Below, piece by piece: positions 36,770 to 46,530 of a stretch of 51,436 nucleotides of DNA. The translations under genes were made by a program, and so were the position numbers. Numbering within the stretch: the first letter of the stretch is position 1; each line of letters starts with the position of its first letter. Origin of the DNA: Thermoplasmatales archaeon (GTDB taxonomy: Archaea > Thermoplasmatota > E2 > UBA202 > JdFR-43). The notes beneath the pieces were generated by a model, which worked only from the letters and a program-made list of their open reading frames with translations, ran no database searches and was not told where the DNA came from. The DNA lies in the NCBI GenBank assembly GCA_011052825.1, contig DRIF01000082.1, positions 1-51,436 on the forward strand, written 5' to 3'.

Positions 36770-39250
36770 TTAAATTATTAATGCGTTATCTTTAAGATAT
36801 CTATATCCTGTCTCGATATCATACCCTTCTTTGGTTACATATCCCAGATATGGCTCCACTAAAGATTTTTCTGCTTTTTTCTTATCTACTGAGATGATAT
36901 AGTTATAAAATTCTTTTTTCATTCTCAGGAGTTCCTCCCTTCTTTTAAGTCTGTTCTCTATTTCTTTTATCTTCTTGTATTCCTTCCATATCTTTTTCGC
37001 ATTATCATCTATTTCTACAAATACATCAATTTTTTGGTATTCTTCTTTTATAAGTTTAAATTCAGCAATTTCCGAAAACTTTAACCATCTCATTGCATTG
37101 ATTTTGTCTTTAGATGGGTCATTGCTACCTCTTTCTAAAATTCTTTCGAAATAACTTGTGACAAGTCCAACGAAATCTTTTTCCTCGATTATTTTACCTT
37201 TTTTAATTAATATTTGTTCTAATATATCCGTAGTTGCGCCAATTAAAGTACTATCGTAAATACGAGAAAATCTTTTATTTTTGTTATTTTCATCTATTAA
37301 ATTAACAATTTTACATATTCCCTTCTCTCTTTTCTCATTGTTTCTATTGCATCTCCCACCAGTCTGGATAACGCAGTCGAGTGGTGCTAAATCTCTATAA
37401 ATAATGTCAACACTGATATCAACTCCTGCCTCTATTAGTTGTGTTGTAATTATTATTTTTCTTTTATTTTTCTCCGTCTTTATCTTTTTTATTCTTTCTA
37501 ATCTATGAAAAGGCAATATATGGGTCGAAAGATTTACAAGCATTGTTTGTTTAAATTCTGCTATTCCTTCTTCACCAACTTTTGACTTACCATACTCCTT
37601 TTCTAGTTCTTTTCTTAAGAATTTATACAATTCCTTTGACGAATCTATTGTATTTACAACAACCATTATATCTTTGTTTTCATTATTTAATATTTGTCGT
37701 AGGATTTCGTTCTTGAAATCCTCAAAACTCTTTTCCTTCAATTCGATTACATATTTCGATCTTTTAAATTCTTTAAAATATTTTTCCTTATCTTTTATTA
37801 GAGGCTTGATCTCGTTCTCTCTAAAAATGAAGGGTTGCGTTGCCGTTATTAAAATAATCCAACAATTATATTCATATGCTAAATATTTCAAAGATTCTCT
37901 TATCAAAAGCCAATATTCGTAGGGAATAGACTGTACTTCGTCTAAAATAATTATGCTATTTATCATGTTATGAAATTTTCTTGCTGCTCTATTCCTATTT
38001 GTAATTAAACTATGGAAAAACTGGATAAAGGTTGTAATTATTATCTCTGAATGCCAACCTTCTATTAATAATAAAGATTTCCATACATCTCTTTCTAAAT
38101 CTTCATTCTGTGTTCTATACCTAATATCTATAAGGTGATGATGTTTTAAGAGTAAATCAGAAGGTATTGCATATTCAAGTTTCTCCATTACTTCTTTTTT
38201 CCCCATTCTAAACAATTTTTCCCATAAGATGCCGGCTTGTTCAGCCAAAACTTCAGCCAAAACTTCAGCATTTTGCTCAATGATGCTTAAAAATGGGAGA
38301 GAATAAATAATTCTTGGTATGAAGTTTTGTTTATCTTTTATTATTTCTCTTAATTTGAGTGCAAAAGAAAAAGCTGTTAATGTCTTTCCGCAACCAGTAG
38401 GCAACTCTATCGAAAATATTCTATCCATTTCCAAATCTATATGCTTTAGATTTGAAATAACTTCATTATATGCTTTATCTCTCAAAATATCTATGTTTGC
38501 AATAGGCTTCCCAAATTTTATTTTTTTATACCTATCAACTAAATCTGATGGAATATTTTTCCATCTTCTTCTGAGAACTGATTCTCCAGTATCAGAGGCA
38601 TCCAGCTTATCCGCATCTAACAAAACAGAATAAAAAAATAAAACGAAAAAGTAGTTTTTTAGTTTTCCCTCCATTACTAATTCCTCACCTTTTTCTTTTA
38701 TTTCTTTACAAATATCATCAAATTCATCAAAAAATTCTTCCAAATTTATTTCAATTGGGCTCAAATCCTTGTATATGGCCTCTATTTCATCAAGATGATT
38801 TTGTTTTATATCTCTTATTTGTTCTTTTTCTACCTCTATCTCATCTAATTCATCTAATTCTCCTTGTGTACCCATCAAGTCCATGATATCGCTATGATGT
38901 TTCGTTATCACAAGCCATGCTATCAAAGCGATATCATTTGGAATGTTTTTCCATTCTAGATACTTCTTTACCAAAAAATATCCAAAAATTGAGGATAATT
39001 TCCCATGATAAGCTTTTTTTGTTTTTTTACCTTTTTCAAGATATTCTTGAAAATATGTTGTGGCTTTTGCAAAGTCATGAGAAATTCCTATCAGATAAGC
39101 AATTTCTGCAAATAATTTTTGGTTTTTGATTTTTTTACCTAATATAATTTTTTTAGATATCTCTCCAACGTTCTTTAAATGTCTATAAAGTATTTTGTAG
39201 TCAGTGTCATTTTTATGAGATTTTAATTTAAAAAAATGAAACATTGACAT
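36770..39250 (-). CDS. cas3: Cas3 HD nuclease-helicase fusion
   Basis: HD region (ISHDFAKAT, KHHSD, DADKLD), Walker A PTGCGKT, DEAD-like ILDEVQ, and later helicase motifs (TATQP, QLIEAGVD). Confidence 0.9.
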   Translation of the reverse strand: MSMFHFFKLKSHKNDTDYKILYRHLKNVGEISKKIILGKKIKNQKLFAEIAYLIGISHDFAKATTYFQEYLEKGKKTKKAYHGKLSSIFGYFLVKKYLEWKNIPNDIALIAWLVITKHHSDIMDLMGTQGELDELDEIEVEKEQIRDIKQNHLDEIEAIYKDLSPIEINLEEFFDEFDDICKEIKEKGEELVMEGKLKNYFFVLFFYSVLLDADKLDASDTGESVLRRRWKNIPSDLVDRYKKIKFGKPIANIDILRDKAYNEVISNLKHIDLEMDRIFSIELPTGCGKTLTAFSFALKLREIIKDKQNFIPRIIYSLPFLSIIEQNAEVLAEVLAEQAGILWEKLFRMGKKEVMEKLEYAIPSDLLLKHHHLIDIRYRTQNEDLERDVWKSLLLIEGWHSEIIITTFIQFFHSLITNRNRAARKFHNMINSIIILDEVQSIPYEYWLLIRESLKYLAYEYNCWIILITATQPFIFRENEIKPLIKDKEKYFKEFKRSKYVIELKEKSFEDFKNEILRQILNNENKDIMVVVNTIDSSKELYKFLRKELEKEYGKSKVGEEGIAEFKQTMLVNLSTHILPFHRLERIKKIKTEKNKRKIIITTQLIEAGVDISVDIIYRDLAPLDCVIQTGGRCNRNNEKREKGICKIVNLIDENNKNKRFSRIYDSTLIGATTDILEQILIKKGKIIEEKDFVGLVTSYFERILERGSNDPSKDKINAMRWLKFSEIAEFKLIKEEYQKIDVFVEIDDNAKKIWKEYKKIKEIENRLKRREELLRMKKEFYNYIISVDKKKAEKSLVEPYLGYVTKEGYDIETGYRYLKDNALII

Positions 39251-39962
39251 TCTCGTTAAGATTTTTTATTTTATAATATTCTCCTCTGGTTATTTTTATA
39301 GTTTTCCCATTCTCCTCATATATTACCTCTATGAATTCTTGCACTACTCTTTTTTTATTCATGAAACCGGGCATCTTAATTTTTCCATATTTTTTTCCCT
39401 CTTCTGGTTTTATTTCTATAACTCCCTCATTTTTTATTATTGTGGATATTTCTATTTCAACACCATTTGCAATTTTTCTCTCAACATTACCAACCCCTAT
39501 GTATTCAAAATTTGATATACACTCTGAAATACCAAGATATAGAGTATATTTCGATTTATGTTCTTCAATTAACGATTTCAATTCATTAAAACACTCTTTT
39601 GACCATACATAAACCCTATATTTTGGATTTTTAACATACTCAAAAGATATTTGTGTTCTCGGTGCTTGTCCTTTTATTTGAATTTCCCACGGAGTATACC
39701 CATGTTTTGTATCTATAAGATTTTGGATAATCCTTATTTTCTTTATCGGGTTTATTATTTGTATTGCAAATGCGCTTTTATCTTTTCCAAAAAGCTCATA
39801 GTAACTATCTCTGGGTAGTCCCAATATAGCCGCCATCATTCCTGAAAGAGCAGTTCTTGTTGGGAATGGATAAGTTAAAGGGGAGGTTGTGGTATACCCT
39901 CTTCTAAAATGTGCATAATCTCCCCAGATATCGAATACCAGTACTTTATCTATAGTTGACAT
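39228..39962 (-). CDS. cas5: Cas5 (type I-B)
   Basis: VFDIWGDYAHFRRGYTTTSPLTYPFPTRTALSGMMAAILG is a canonical Cas5 N-terminus. Confidence 0.85.
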   Translation of the reverse strand: MSTIDKVLVFDIWGDYAHFRRGYTTTSPLTYPFPTRTALSGMMAAILGLPRDSYYELFGKDKSAFAIQIINPIKKIRIIQNLIDTKHGYTPWEIQIKGQAPRTQISFEYVKNPKYRVYVWSKECFNELKSLIEEHKSKYTLYLGISECISNFEYIGVGNVERKIANGVEIEISTIIKNEGVIEIKPEEGKKYGKIKMPGFMNKKRVVQEFIEVIYEENGKTIKITRGEYYKIKNLNENVNVSFF

Positions 39963-39968
39963 TTTTTC

Positions 39969-40985
39969 TTATTTATCTAGGTCTAATGGTTTTATTTTGT
40001 CTTTCAATTCTGGAATGTTACTTAAAGCATTTATTAATTCTTTTTTGCTCTTCTTTTCTTCGTCACCAAGTTTAAACACAACGTCATTATTTACTTCTAT
40101 TTGTATTTCTTTTATTTTATTTCTTTCTCTTTTAAGTATGTTTATTAACTCAGTTAAGTCCAATTTTACATCCTCAATACTTCTAAGGGGTTTTCCATCT
40201 TTTCCATCTCTATCAACTTCTTTTCCTTCGTTATCCAATAATTTTATATTTTTATCTAAGTCTCCGATATGGTAATTATCCACCTCATAAATAACTCTCA
40301 GTAGAAATCGCGGTATTTGTCCAAATTTACTTCTTGTTATAAGGTTTTTCGTTCCATTCCATATGCCATCGAGCAATTCATTCACATCTTCTTCTGTTAG
40401 TTTTGTACTTTTTGCTGCATTTTCATTTATTACACCATAAAAGCAAATCAACGAATACGGAAGAATATATTCTTCTCTGAATGTCTTTTGCTCCTTCCCT
40501 GCTTCAGAAGCAAATGCACCTGTTCCTTTGATATACTTAACTTCAACTTTATGTAAGGATCTCCCAAATCCAAATTGAACGGGTCCAGTCAAAGTTATGG
40601 AACTACCCACCTCTTTTTCTTCTCCTTTCTCATCTTTTTTCTTTATAGTAATTGGAATCGTCCCTCCAAATAATCTTACGTCAATACAAATATTAAGTAT
40701 TTTTTCAGGGTCATTATCGAAATCCTTAGCCCTCATTTTTGCATCTTGTATTTTTCCTGGTTCATATTCTATTTCTCTCACAAAAATATCTTTTTCGTTA
40801 CTACCATTGTATCCTTTATAGTGATATAAATAGTCCCTTATTGTTCTTTTCAACCTCACATCAGTTACAATATTTATATTAGTTTCCTCGTCTATCCTTG
40901 GCTTATTTTCATCCGGATCACCGTTGGGGTTGGCATTTCTTACATCATACAAAAACACAAGTTCCGATCTATTTTTTATTTCCAT
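39969..40985 (-). CDS. cas7: Cas7 (Csh2/Csd2-family backbone subunit, type I-B)
   Basis: YDVRNANPNGDPDENKPRID...TDVRLKRTIRDY signature. Confidence 0.9.
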   Translation of the reverse strand: MEIKNRSELVFLYDVRNANPNGDPDENKPRIDEETNINIVTDVRLKRTIRDYLYHYKGYNGSNEKDIFVREIEYEPGKIQDAKMRAKDFDNDPEKILNICIDVRLFGGTIPITIKKKDEKGEEKEVGSSITLTGPVQFGFGRSLHKVEVKYIKGTGAFASEAGKEQKTFREEYILPYSLICFYGVINENAAKSTKLTEEDVNELLDGIWNGTKNLITRSKFGQIPRFLLRVIYEVDNYHIGDLDKNIKLLDNEGKEVDRDGKDGKPLRSIEDVKLDLTELINILKRERNKIKEIQIEVNNDVVFKLGDEEKKSKKELINALSNIPELKDKIKPLDLDK

Positions 40986-40987
40986 TT

Positions 40988-42874
40988 TTATTCACCTCCA
41001 TTAGATTTTTCATTCTTTTCAAAAGAGAAAATATTTCTTAATGTCATTCCCAATGCAAAATAATAACTTATTTCTTCTTGAGATAGTTTCCATTTTCCTT
41101 CAGCCTCTGCTAAATATTTTCCAGCGATTTTTTCAAGTGATGGAAAAGTTTTCCTATACTGCCTTAATTTAGCAATTGCTTCTCTGAAAATATTTTTCAT
41201 TTTTCTTTCATCCAATACTAATCCGTGCAGTTTACTCCAAAATGGCTCTTGCCCAAATTCGCTCTTCTTCTCTGTGCGTTGCACCCACAGTAAATAATCA
41301 ACAAGCATTCCTACAGAAAAAGCTGCTTTTTTTGCTGGGTCATCAAAACAATACTCTTTAAAGAAGTTATCTATCTTCTCTTCAAACTTTCCCCTATTTT
41401 CTTCTATATCTTTCTCTTCGATTTTCTCCTCCATTTTTTCACCTCTAAACAAATTTAACTCTTTTAAAAATAAATAAAACATAAAAGCCTTCAAACACAG
41501 CACCTTCATTTTATAATAATCTCTTTTTCCTTCCTTCTTTTTCACTGTTTCCTTTATTTCTCTTATAAATGCCGGGATTACAAAATCTCTATCTACTTTT
41601 TTATTTGAAAGAATGAAACCGATTATATCTCTAAATTGCTTGTCATACACTCCATGTGTTTTTGAATATGGAAAGAAACTTCTCGCAAATACTGCATACC
41701 AGTTGTTTTTGTTTAATCCTTTTTCTCCTTTAAGTCCTGTTACAAAATCTCCAACCCATTTTCTTCCCAATATTTTCTTGATGTTATCTTCTTGAAAGAT
41801 TCTCATTTTCCTAATATTCTTTTGGGCATTATCTATTCTTCTAATCCAAGATGGAAGAACATCTTCCACATATTGAACAATATCAATATACTTACCACCA
41901 CCTTTTTGAGTATAAAACACAAAAATTAATCTTAAAATATCTTCTTTTTCTTCAAGTGTTTTTTCTAACCAGTCTTCCTTACTCAAAAGACCCTCTTCGT
42001 ATTCTTTATCTTTAAAAAACTCAATATACCTATACAGCTCGTCAAACATCTCTTTAAATATAAATTTAGGTATTACATAGTATCTACACCCAAAAAAGTT
42101 ATTCTCGTTTTTCTTTGGGAAATTTAAATGTTCATCTAAAAATCTTTTTCCTATTTCTAAAGATATCGCACAATTTTCACAAATTGGAATATCCTTCCAA
42201 TGGTCAGTTTGAATAAATGAAGGCATAAATCCACATTTATCTGCTGTAGCGAAAGAGAAACCAAAGGAGGGTAAAACAAAACCATATACTTCTTTTTGGG
42301 TATTACATAGATAACATATGCCTGTACCTTTTGATTCTCCAATTGATTTTAGAAAATAATACCTTTTAACTGTGTCCTCAACTAAAATATTCCTAAATAT
42401 TTCAATTTCTCCAAGGTGTTTCTCTTTATCATTTTCCTCTATTTTTATTGTCAACAATACATTGTTTTTTTCGTTTTTATGCAGATTTTCATATTCTCTC
42501 GACAATTCCTCTAATATTTTTTCTTTATTATTTTCTAAAACTTTTTCAATCTTTTTTAGCTCCTTTTCTTCCTTTTTCTCGAACCATTTTATAATTTTAT
42601 TTTCAAAAGTCTTATTAATCTCGGTTATTATAGAGGAGGGGAGAATATCCGTTCCTCTCGACGATCCGCCTCGATAAAGAATCATTTTATCTGGGGAATA
42701 TTTTTCTGGAATCACTTTTTTATAGTGATACTCACCATTCTCTTTATGCAGAAAAATGCATAACACTTTTTTCGTTTTTTTAGTAAGTTTTGCTTTATCA
42801 GAAAAAATTTCAATCTCGCTTTTATTCTCTTTTTTCCTTACATAATCTCCAATCTCCTTTATCGCCTCTATCAT
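40988..42874 (-). CDS. cas8b: Cas8b (Csh1-like large subunit, type I-B)
   Basis: Position between cas6 and cas7, 628 aa, Zn-finger-like CYLC...CENC segment. Family call is by context and motif memory. Confidence 0.7.
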   Translation of the reverse strand: MIEAIKEIGDYVRKKENKSEIEIFSDKAKLTKKTKKVLCIFLHKENGEYHYKKVIPEKYSPDKMILYRGGSSRGTDILPSSIITEINKTFENKIIKWFEKKEEKELKKIEKVLENNKEKILEELSREYENLHKNEKNNVLLTIKIEENDKEKHLGEIEIFRNILVEDTVKRYYFLKSIGESKGTGICYLCNTQKEVYGFVLPSFGFSFATADKCGFMPSFIQTDHWKDIPICENCAISLEIGKRFLDEHLNFPKKNENNFFGCRYYVIPKFIFKEMFDELYRYIEFFKDKEYEEGLLSKEDWLEKTLEEKEDILRLIFVFYTQKGGGKYIDIVQYVEDVLPSWIRRIDNAQKNIRKMRIFQEDNIKKILGRKWVGDFVTGLKGEKGLNKNNWYAVFARSFFPYSKTHGVYDKQFRDIIGFILSNKKVDRDFVIPAFIREIKETVKKKEGKRDYYKMKVLCLKAFMFYLFLKELNLFRGEKMEEKIEEKDIEENRGKFEEKIDNFFKEYCFDDPAKKAAFSVGMLVDYLLWVQRTEKKSEFGQEPFWSKLHGLVLDERKMKNIFREAIAKLRQYRKTFPSLEKIAGKYLAEAEGKWKLSQEEISYYFALGMTLRNIFSFEKNEKSNGGE

Positions 42875-43599
42875 TCCACAACCTCAAACATTCCAAATCC
42901 TTGGGAGTTTTTACTCCCTAATCCACTATAATAACCTAATTTAAGTAATTTTCGATTACCATTTAAGATAAAAGTCCCGAGCCAGCCTTTGATTACTGTG
43001 TCTCTATACAGAAGGATTTTTTCCTTTGGCTTGCTTGCAATTTTTATTTTCAATTTTCTTGCTCTCGGTTTCTTTCTGTGTAATGCTTCATATTTTTTTC
43101 TCAAGTTTTTATCTATTAATTCGGTAAATTCTTTTTCATATGGCGAATAATAATATGTTTTCTTTTTGCCATCTTTTGTTGCTAAAGTGCTGTAAACAAC
43201 CACTGGAGAAAGCGTTTTTATTTTTATTTCATCTTTTATCTCTGGCTCAGGGTGAACTTTTATTGATTCAACATGAACTTTGTTTTTAACTAACTCTAAA
43301 TTATCTGTTTTGAGGAGAGTGTTTCCTAACTCGCTAATAAATCTATCCAAAGGAGAACTTATTGTGAGATATACAGGTGGAGAAAATTTGATTTTATCTT
43401 TCAATATTTTGTATTTGCCTTGCAATCTTGAAAAAGTGAACATTTTAAATTTTCTTTTTTCTAATGTAAAGCCATGATCATGTAAAAATTTACCCAGCTC
43501 TGGAGAAATGTGGCGATAAAGAAAACTTTGGATGTAATAGTTATAATGCAAAGGTAAAACAATTTGTTCGTTACTCTCAAACTCCAAGGTCAAACGCAT
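42871..43599 (-). CDS. cas6: Cas6 crRNA endoribonuclease
   Basis: C-terminal glycine-rich loop GLGSKNSQGFGMFE. 242 aa. ATGA overlap with cas8b. Confidence 0.85.
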   Translation of the reverse strand: MRLTLEFESNEQIVLPLHYNYYIQSFLYRHISPELGKFLHDHGFTLEKRKFKMFTFSRLQGKYKILKDKIKFSPPVYLTISSPLDRFISELGNTLLKTDNLELVKNKVHVESIKVHPEPEIKDEIKIKTLSPVVVYSTLATKDGKKKTYYYSPYEKEFTELIDKNLRKKYEALHRKKPRARKLKIKIASKPKEKILLYRDTVIKGWLGTFILNGNRKLLKLGYYSGLGSKNSQGFGMFEVVE

Positions 43600-43643
43600 T
43601 AAATAATAAATTTACAGTCTATAAATACTTAATTAATTTTCCC

Positions 43644-43703
43644 TCCAGTTTAAGAAACAATCTCACATTTTTTATGATGTTTTTTTATTAAAGCTTTTTC
43701 TGT
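43644..43703 (-). repeat. Copy A of a 60-nt promoter/5'UTR-like element, upstream of cas6
   Basis: tccagtttaagaaacaatctcacattttttatgatgtttttttattaaagctttttctgt. The minus strand contains AAAAGCTTTAATAAA, resembling the tRNA-Pro BRE/TATA. It lies 45-104 nt upstream of the cas6 ATG. Confidence 0.7.
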
Positions 43704-43810
43704 TATTTATTGAGTGATGTGCATTATGATGGAAATAAAGGAAGAAGGAAAGCTTACGTTACAAAATTATAGCATAATTTTTAAATAATTCTTAAAAATT
43801 ATAGACTTAA

Positions 43811-45067
43811 ATGTTAGAAAAAAATAAAATTTATAGACGAAAAATTGAGGATGAGCTTGCAAAATTATTGGACAGGAGAGAGCTGATAGGAATAAAAGGG
43901 GCTAGGCAGGTTGGGAAAACAACGTTGCTGAAGAAGATTTATGATGGCATAAGGGGACAGAAATCATTTGTTAATCTGGATTTGATTGATATTAGGCGAG
44001 CAATGGAAGAAAATCCTCTTGATATTGTTACGAGATATAAAAAAGAAGGAAAGCTGTTTCTGTTTTTGGACGAAATTCAACGTGTTAAAAATGCTGGAGA
44101 GGTATTAAAAATTATATACGATGAGTTTCCAGATGTAAAAATATTCTTTTCTGGCTCATCTTCTTTGGAATTAAAAGAAAATATTCTTCCCTTTATGGTT
44201 GGAAGAGCCTTCATTTTTGAGCTTTTTTCTTTCGATTTTGAAGAATTTTTGATGGCTAGAGATGAAGGGCTTGCGAGAATTTTTAGAGAAAAAAATGAAA
44301 GTTTTAAAAAAGCAATGGATGGAGATGAACCACAACCTCCTTCATTCCAGCAGGAATTTTTAAGCTTGTTAAAAGAATACCTCATCTTTGGAGGATATCC
44401 AGAAGTTATAAAAACTGATAGCAGAGAAATAAAGGAATTGATTTTGAAAAACATATATTCACTTTATATTGAAAAGGATGTTACAGCACATTTTGGAATA
44501 AAGGAGATAGCAAAATTTGAGGATTTACTTAGAATGCTTGCTTTTAGAAATGCTTCCATGCTTTCCATATCCAGCTTATCATCATCGTTAAAGATATCTT
44601 TTCAAAAAGTCGAGGAATATCTTGCAATATTACGCCACACTTATATTATTCATCTTCTTCGCCCTTTTTATCGAAATATGGTTACAGAGTTAAGAAAAGC
44701 ACCAAAAATATATTTTTTGGATTTAGGATTAAGAAACGCCATTTTAAACAATTTTACAAAATTTGATTATAGAGCCGACAACGGTGGCCTGCTGGAAAAT
44801 TTTGTTTTTAGGGAACTTTTTACTTCCGATTATTCCATAAAATACTGGCGAACAACAGGAAAAGCTGAAATAGATTTTATTCTGATGAAAAATGAAGACT
44901 TAATTCCAATTGAGGTAAAACTTACAGAAACAAAGCCTGGAAAAGCATTTTATAGTTTCATAAACACCTACAAGCCAGATGTAGCTATTATGGTAACTTT
45001 AAATGATTTTGGAAAGGATAAAATAAACTCATGCACAGTTTATAAGATTCCTGCATATTATCTCTAA
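43811..45067 (+). CDS. AAA+ ATPase with C-terminal DUF4143-type domain (COG1373-like)
   Basis: Walker A GARQVGKTT, Walker B LFLDEIQ, then a C-terminal nuclease-fold-like region (EIDFIL...IPIEVK). Confidence 0.8.
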   Translation: MLEKNKIYRRKIEDELAKLLDRRELIGIKGARQVGKTTLLKKIYDGIRGQKSFVNLDLIDIRRAMEENPLDIVTRYKKEGKLFLFLDEIQRVKNAGEVLKIIYDEFPDVKIFFSGSSSLELKENILPFMVGRAFIFELFSFDFEEFLMARDEGLARIFREKNESFKKAMDGDEPQPPSFQQEFLSLLKEYLIFGGYPEVIKTDSREIKELILKNIYSLYIEKDVTAHFGIKEIAKFEDLLRMLAFRNASMLSISSLSSSLKISFQKVEEYLAILRHTYIIHLLRPFYRNMVTELRKAPKIYFLDLGLRNAILNNFTKFDYRADNGGLLENFVFRELFTSDYSIKYWRTTGKAEIDFILMKNEDLIPIEVKLTETKPGKAFYSFINTYKPDVAIMVTLNDFGKDKINSCTVYKIPAYYL

Positions 45068-45105
45068 TTAGTATTTTCGGTTAAATTTTGAAATATGTCT
45101 TTTGA

Positions 45106-45786
45106 TTACAATCGAAGTTTTTTCAACCATTTATTAACTTCATTGATATCAAAATATTCTGGGTCAAAATCTTCTCCAAGCCATTCAACAATTCTTTCCT
45201 CATATTCAGGATGATTTTTATTTTCTTTTATTTCTAACAGTTCAAGATATCCTCCCACACCTCCACAATCTTCAGGAGGGCATGCTCTTTCACCATCAAG
45301 GCAAATAGGGTATCTTTTAGAGACATCTTCATCAAAAATTTTTTCGACTATAATTGTATGAAGCCAAGAATCTCCAAAGTCATATAAGTAATGAAACTTT
45401 TGCTTTTCCGATTTTATGAGTTCCTTTAACTCAGTTTCACGAGCAGGCAACGTTTTTCTTCTTGGCATGAAATTCTTCCATACAGCATCTACAAAAAATC
45501 TATCTTCATCAGCTTCTATAAATTTCTCATCAATTTCAAATTCATATAAGTGATAATTTTCCCATCCCATTACAATTTGAATAATATTATGTAGATTTTC
45601 AAAACTTATATTATCTTTGACTAAAAATCTTCTCCATATCTCTGGATTTATGCCATCTAATGAAATTTTTAATTGCAATATTTTTGACTTTATTCCAATA
45701 CCTAAATCTTTATTCATACAACATTTCTTATATTTCTTTCCAGATCCACATGGGCAAGGATCATTTCTACCTACCTTTTTTGGCAT
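45106..45786 (-). CDS. SEC-C motif + plasmid pRiA4b ORF-3-like (MM3350-like) domain protein
   Basis: N-terminal [38 protein letters not shown]...[19 protein letters not shown] and CPPEDCGG are typical of the pRiA4b ORF-3 family. Confidence 0.75.
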
Positions 45787-45808
45787 ATATCACCTCCTTT
45801 TTTCATAC

Positions 45809-46321
45809 TTATATAATATGATATTTTTTCAGGATTTTATTTATTGCGAGATCTAAATCTTCTTGTTTTGATATGGGAGGAAGACCATTTATTTTTCTCA
45901 CTTCATTATATCTCTGGAAGACTTCTTTTTCAAAATCTTTTACATGTATTTTCTTCCTTTTTCTTTTCTTATAATCTTTGGAGAGGGATAAAATGTCTTC
46001 GTTAAGAATATGCAATAATTCGTGAATTATTACATGTTGAACAATCTGTTTTCTTATTGTTTTCTCTTTTATCCTCTTTAAATTTTCATTTATCTCTATT
46101 TCGTATCTCTTTGGCTTTTTTCTAATGATTTTCTTCTTTACTTTTCCTTCAAGAAGCAATGCTTCAGCATCGATATCTTTTTTAATCTCGATCTCACCCT
46201 TTACTCTTCCAAGACAATTTTTGGGAATTTTCCTGTAAAAACACTTTATTTCTATACTTTTTATTTCTGGAAAAGCTTTCTGGCATTCCTTCAACCATTT
46301 AACCAATTCATTCTCCACCAT
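45809..46321 (-). CDS. SprT-like zinc metallopeptidase (HExxH)
   Basis: LGRVKGEIEI...YEIEINENL...VIIHELLHI layout is like the SprT/Wss1-type zincins. A Lys-rich tail follows. Confidence 0.55.
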   Translation of the reverse strand: MVENELVKWLKECQKAFPEIKSIEIKCFYRKIPKNCLGRVKGEIEIKKDIDAEALLLEGKVKKKIIRKKPKRYEIEINENLKRIKEKTIRKQIVQHVIIHELLHILNEDILSLSKDYKKRKRKKIHVKDFEKEVFQRYNEVRKINGLPPISKQEDLDLAINKILKKYHII

Positions 46322-46345
46322 TTTTATCTCGTATCATGTTTTATT

Positions 46346-46405
46346 TCCAGTTTAAGAAACAATCCCACATTTTTATGATGTTTTCTTTATTAAAGCTTTT
46401 TCTGT
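46346..46405 (-). repeat. Copy B of the 60-nt promoter/5'UTR-like element, upstream of the SprT-like gene
   Basis: tccagtttaagaaacaatcccacatttttatgatgttttctttattaaagctttttctgt. Against copy A, hand alignment shows one substitution and two single-nt indels. It lies 25-84 nt upstream of ATG 46321. Confidence 0.7.
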
Positions 46406-46530
46406 ATCCTTTACTTCTTACTCTCGTGGCGTGGCGACTGCAAATTTCCAAATTTTTTTACTTGGGGAGATACTGATATCACCAAAAATCTTAAGTTACA
46501 AATTATATTATAAATTCAAAGTGGGGTGAA

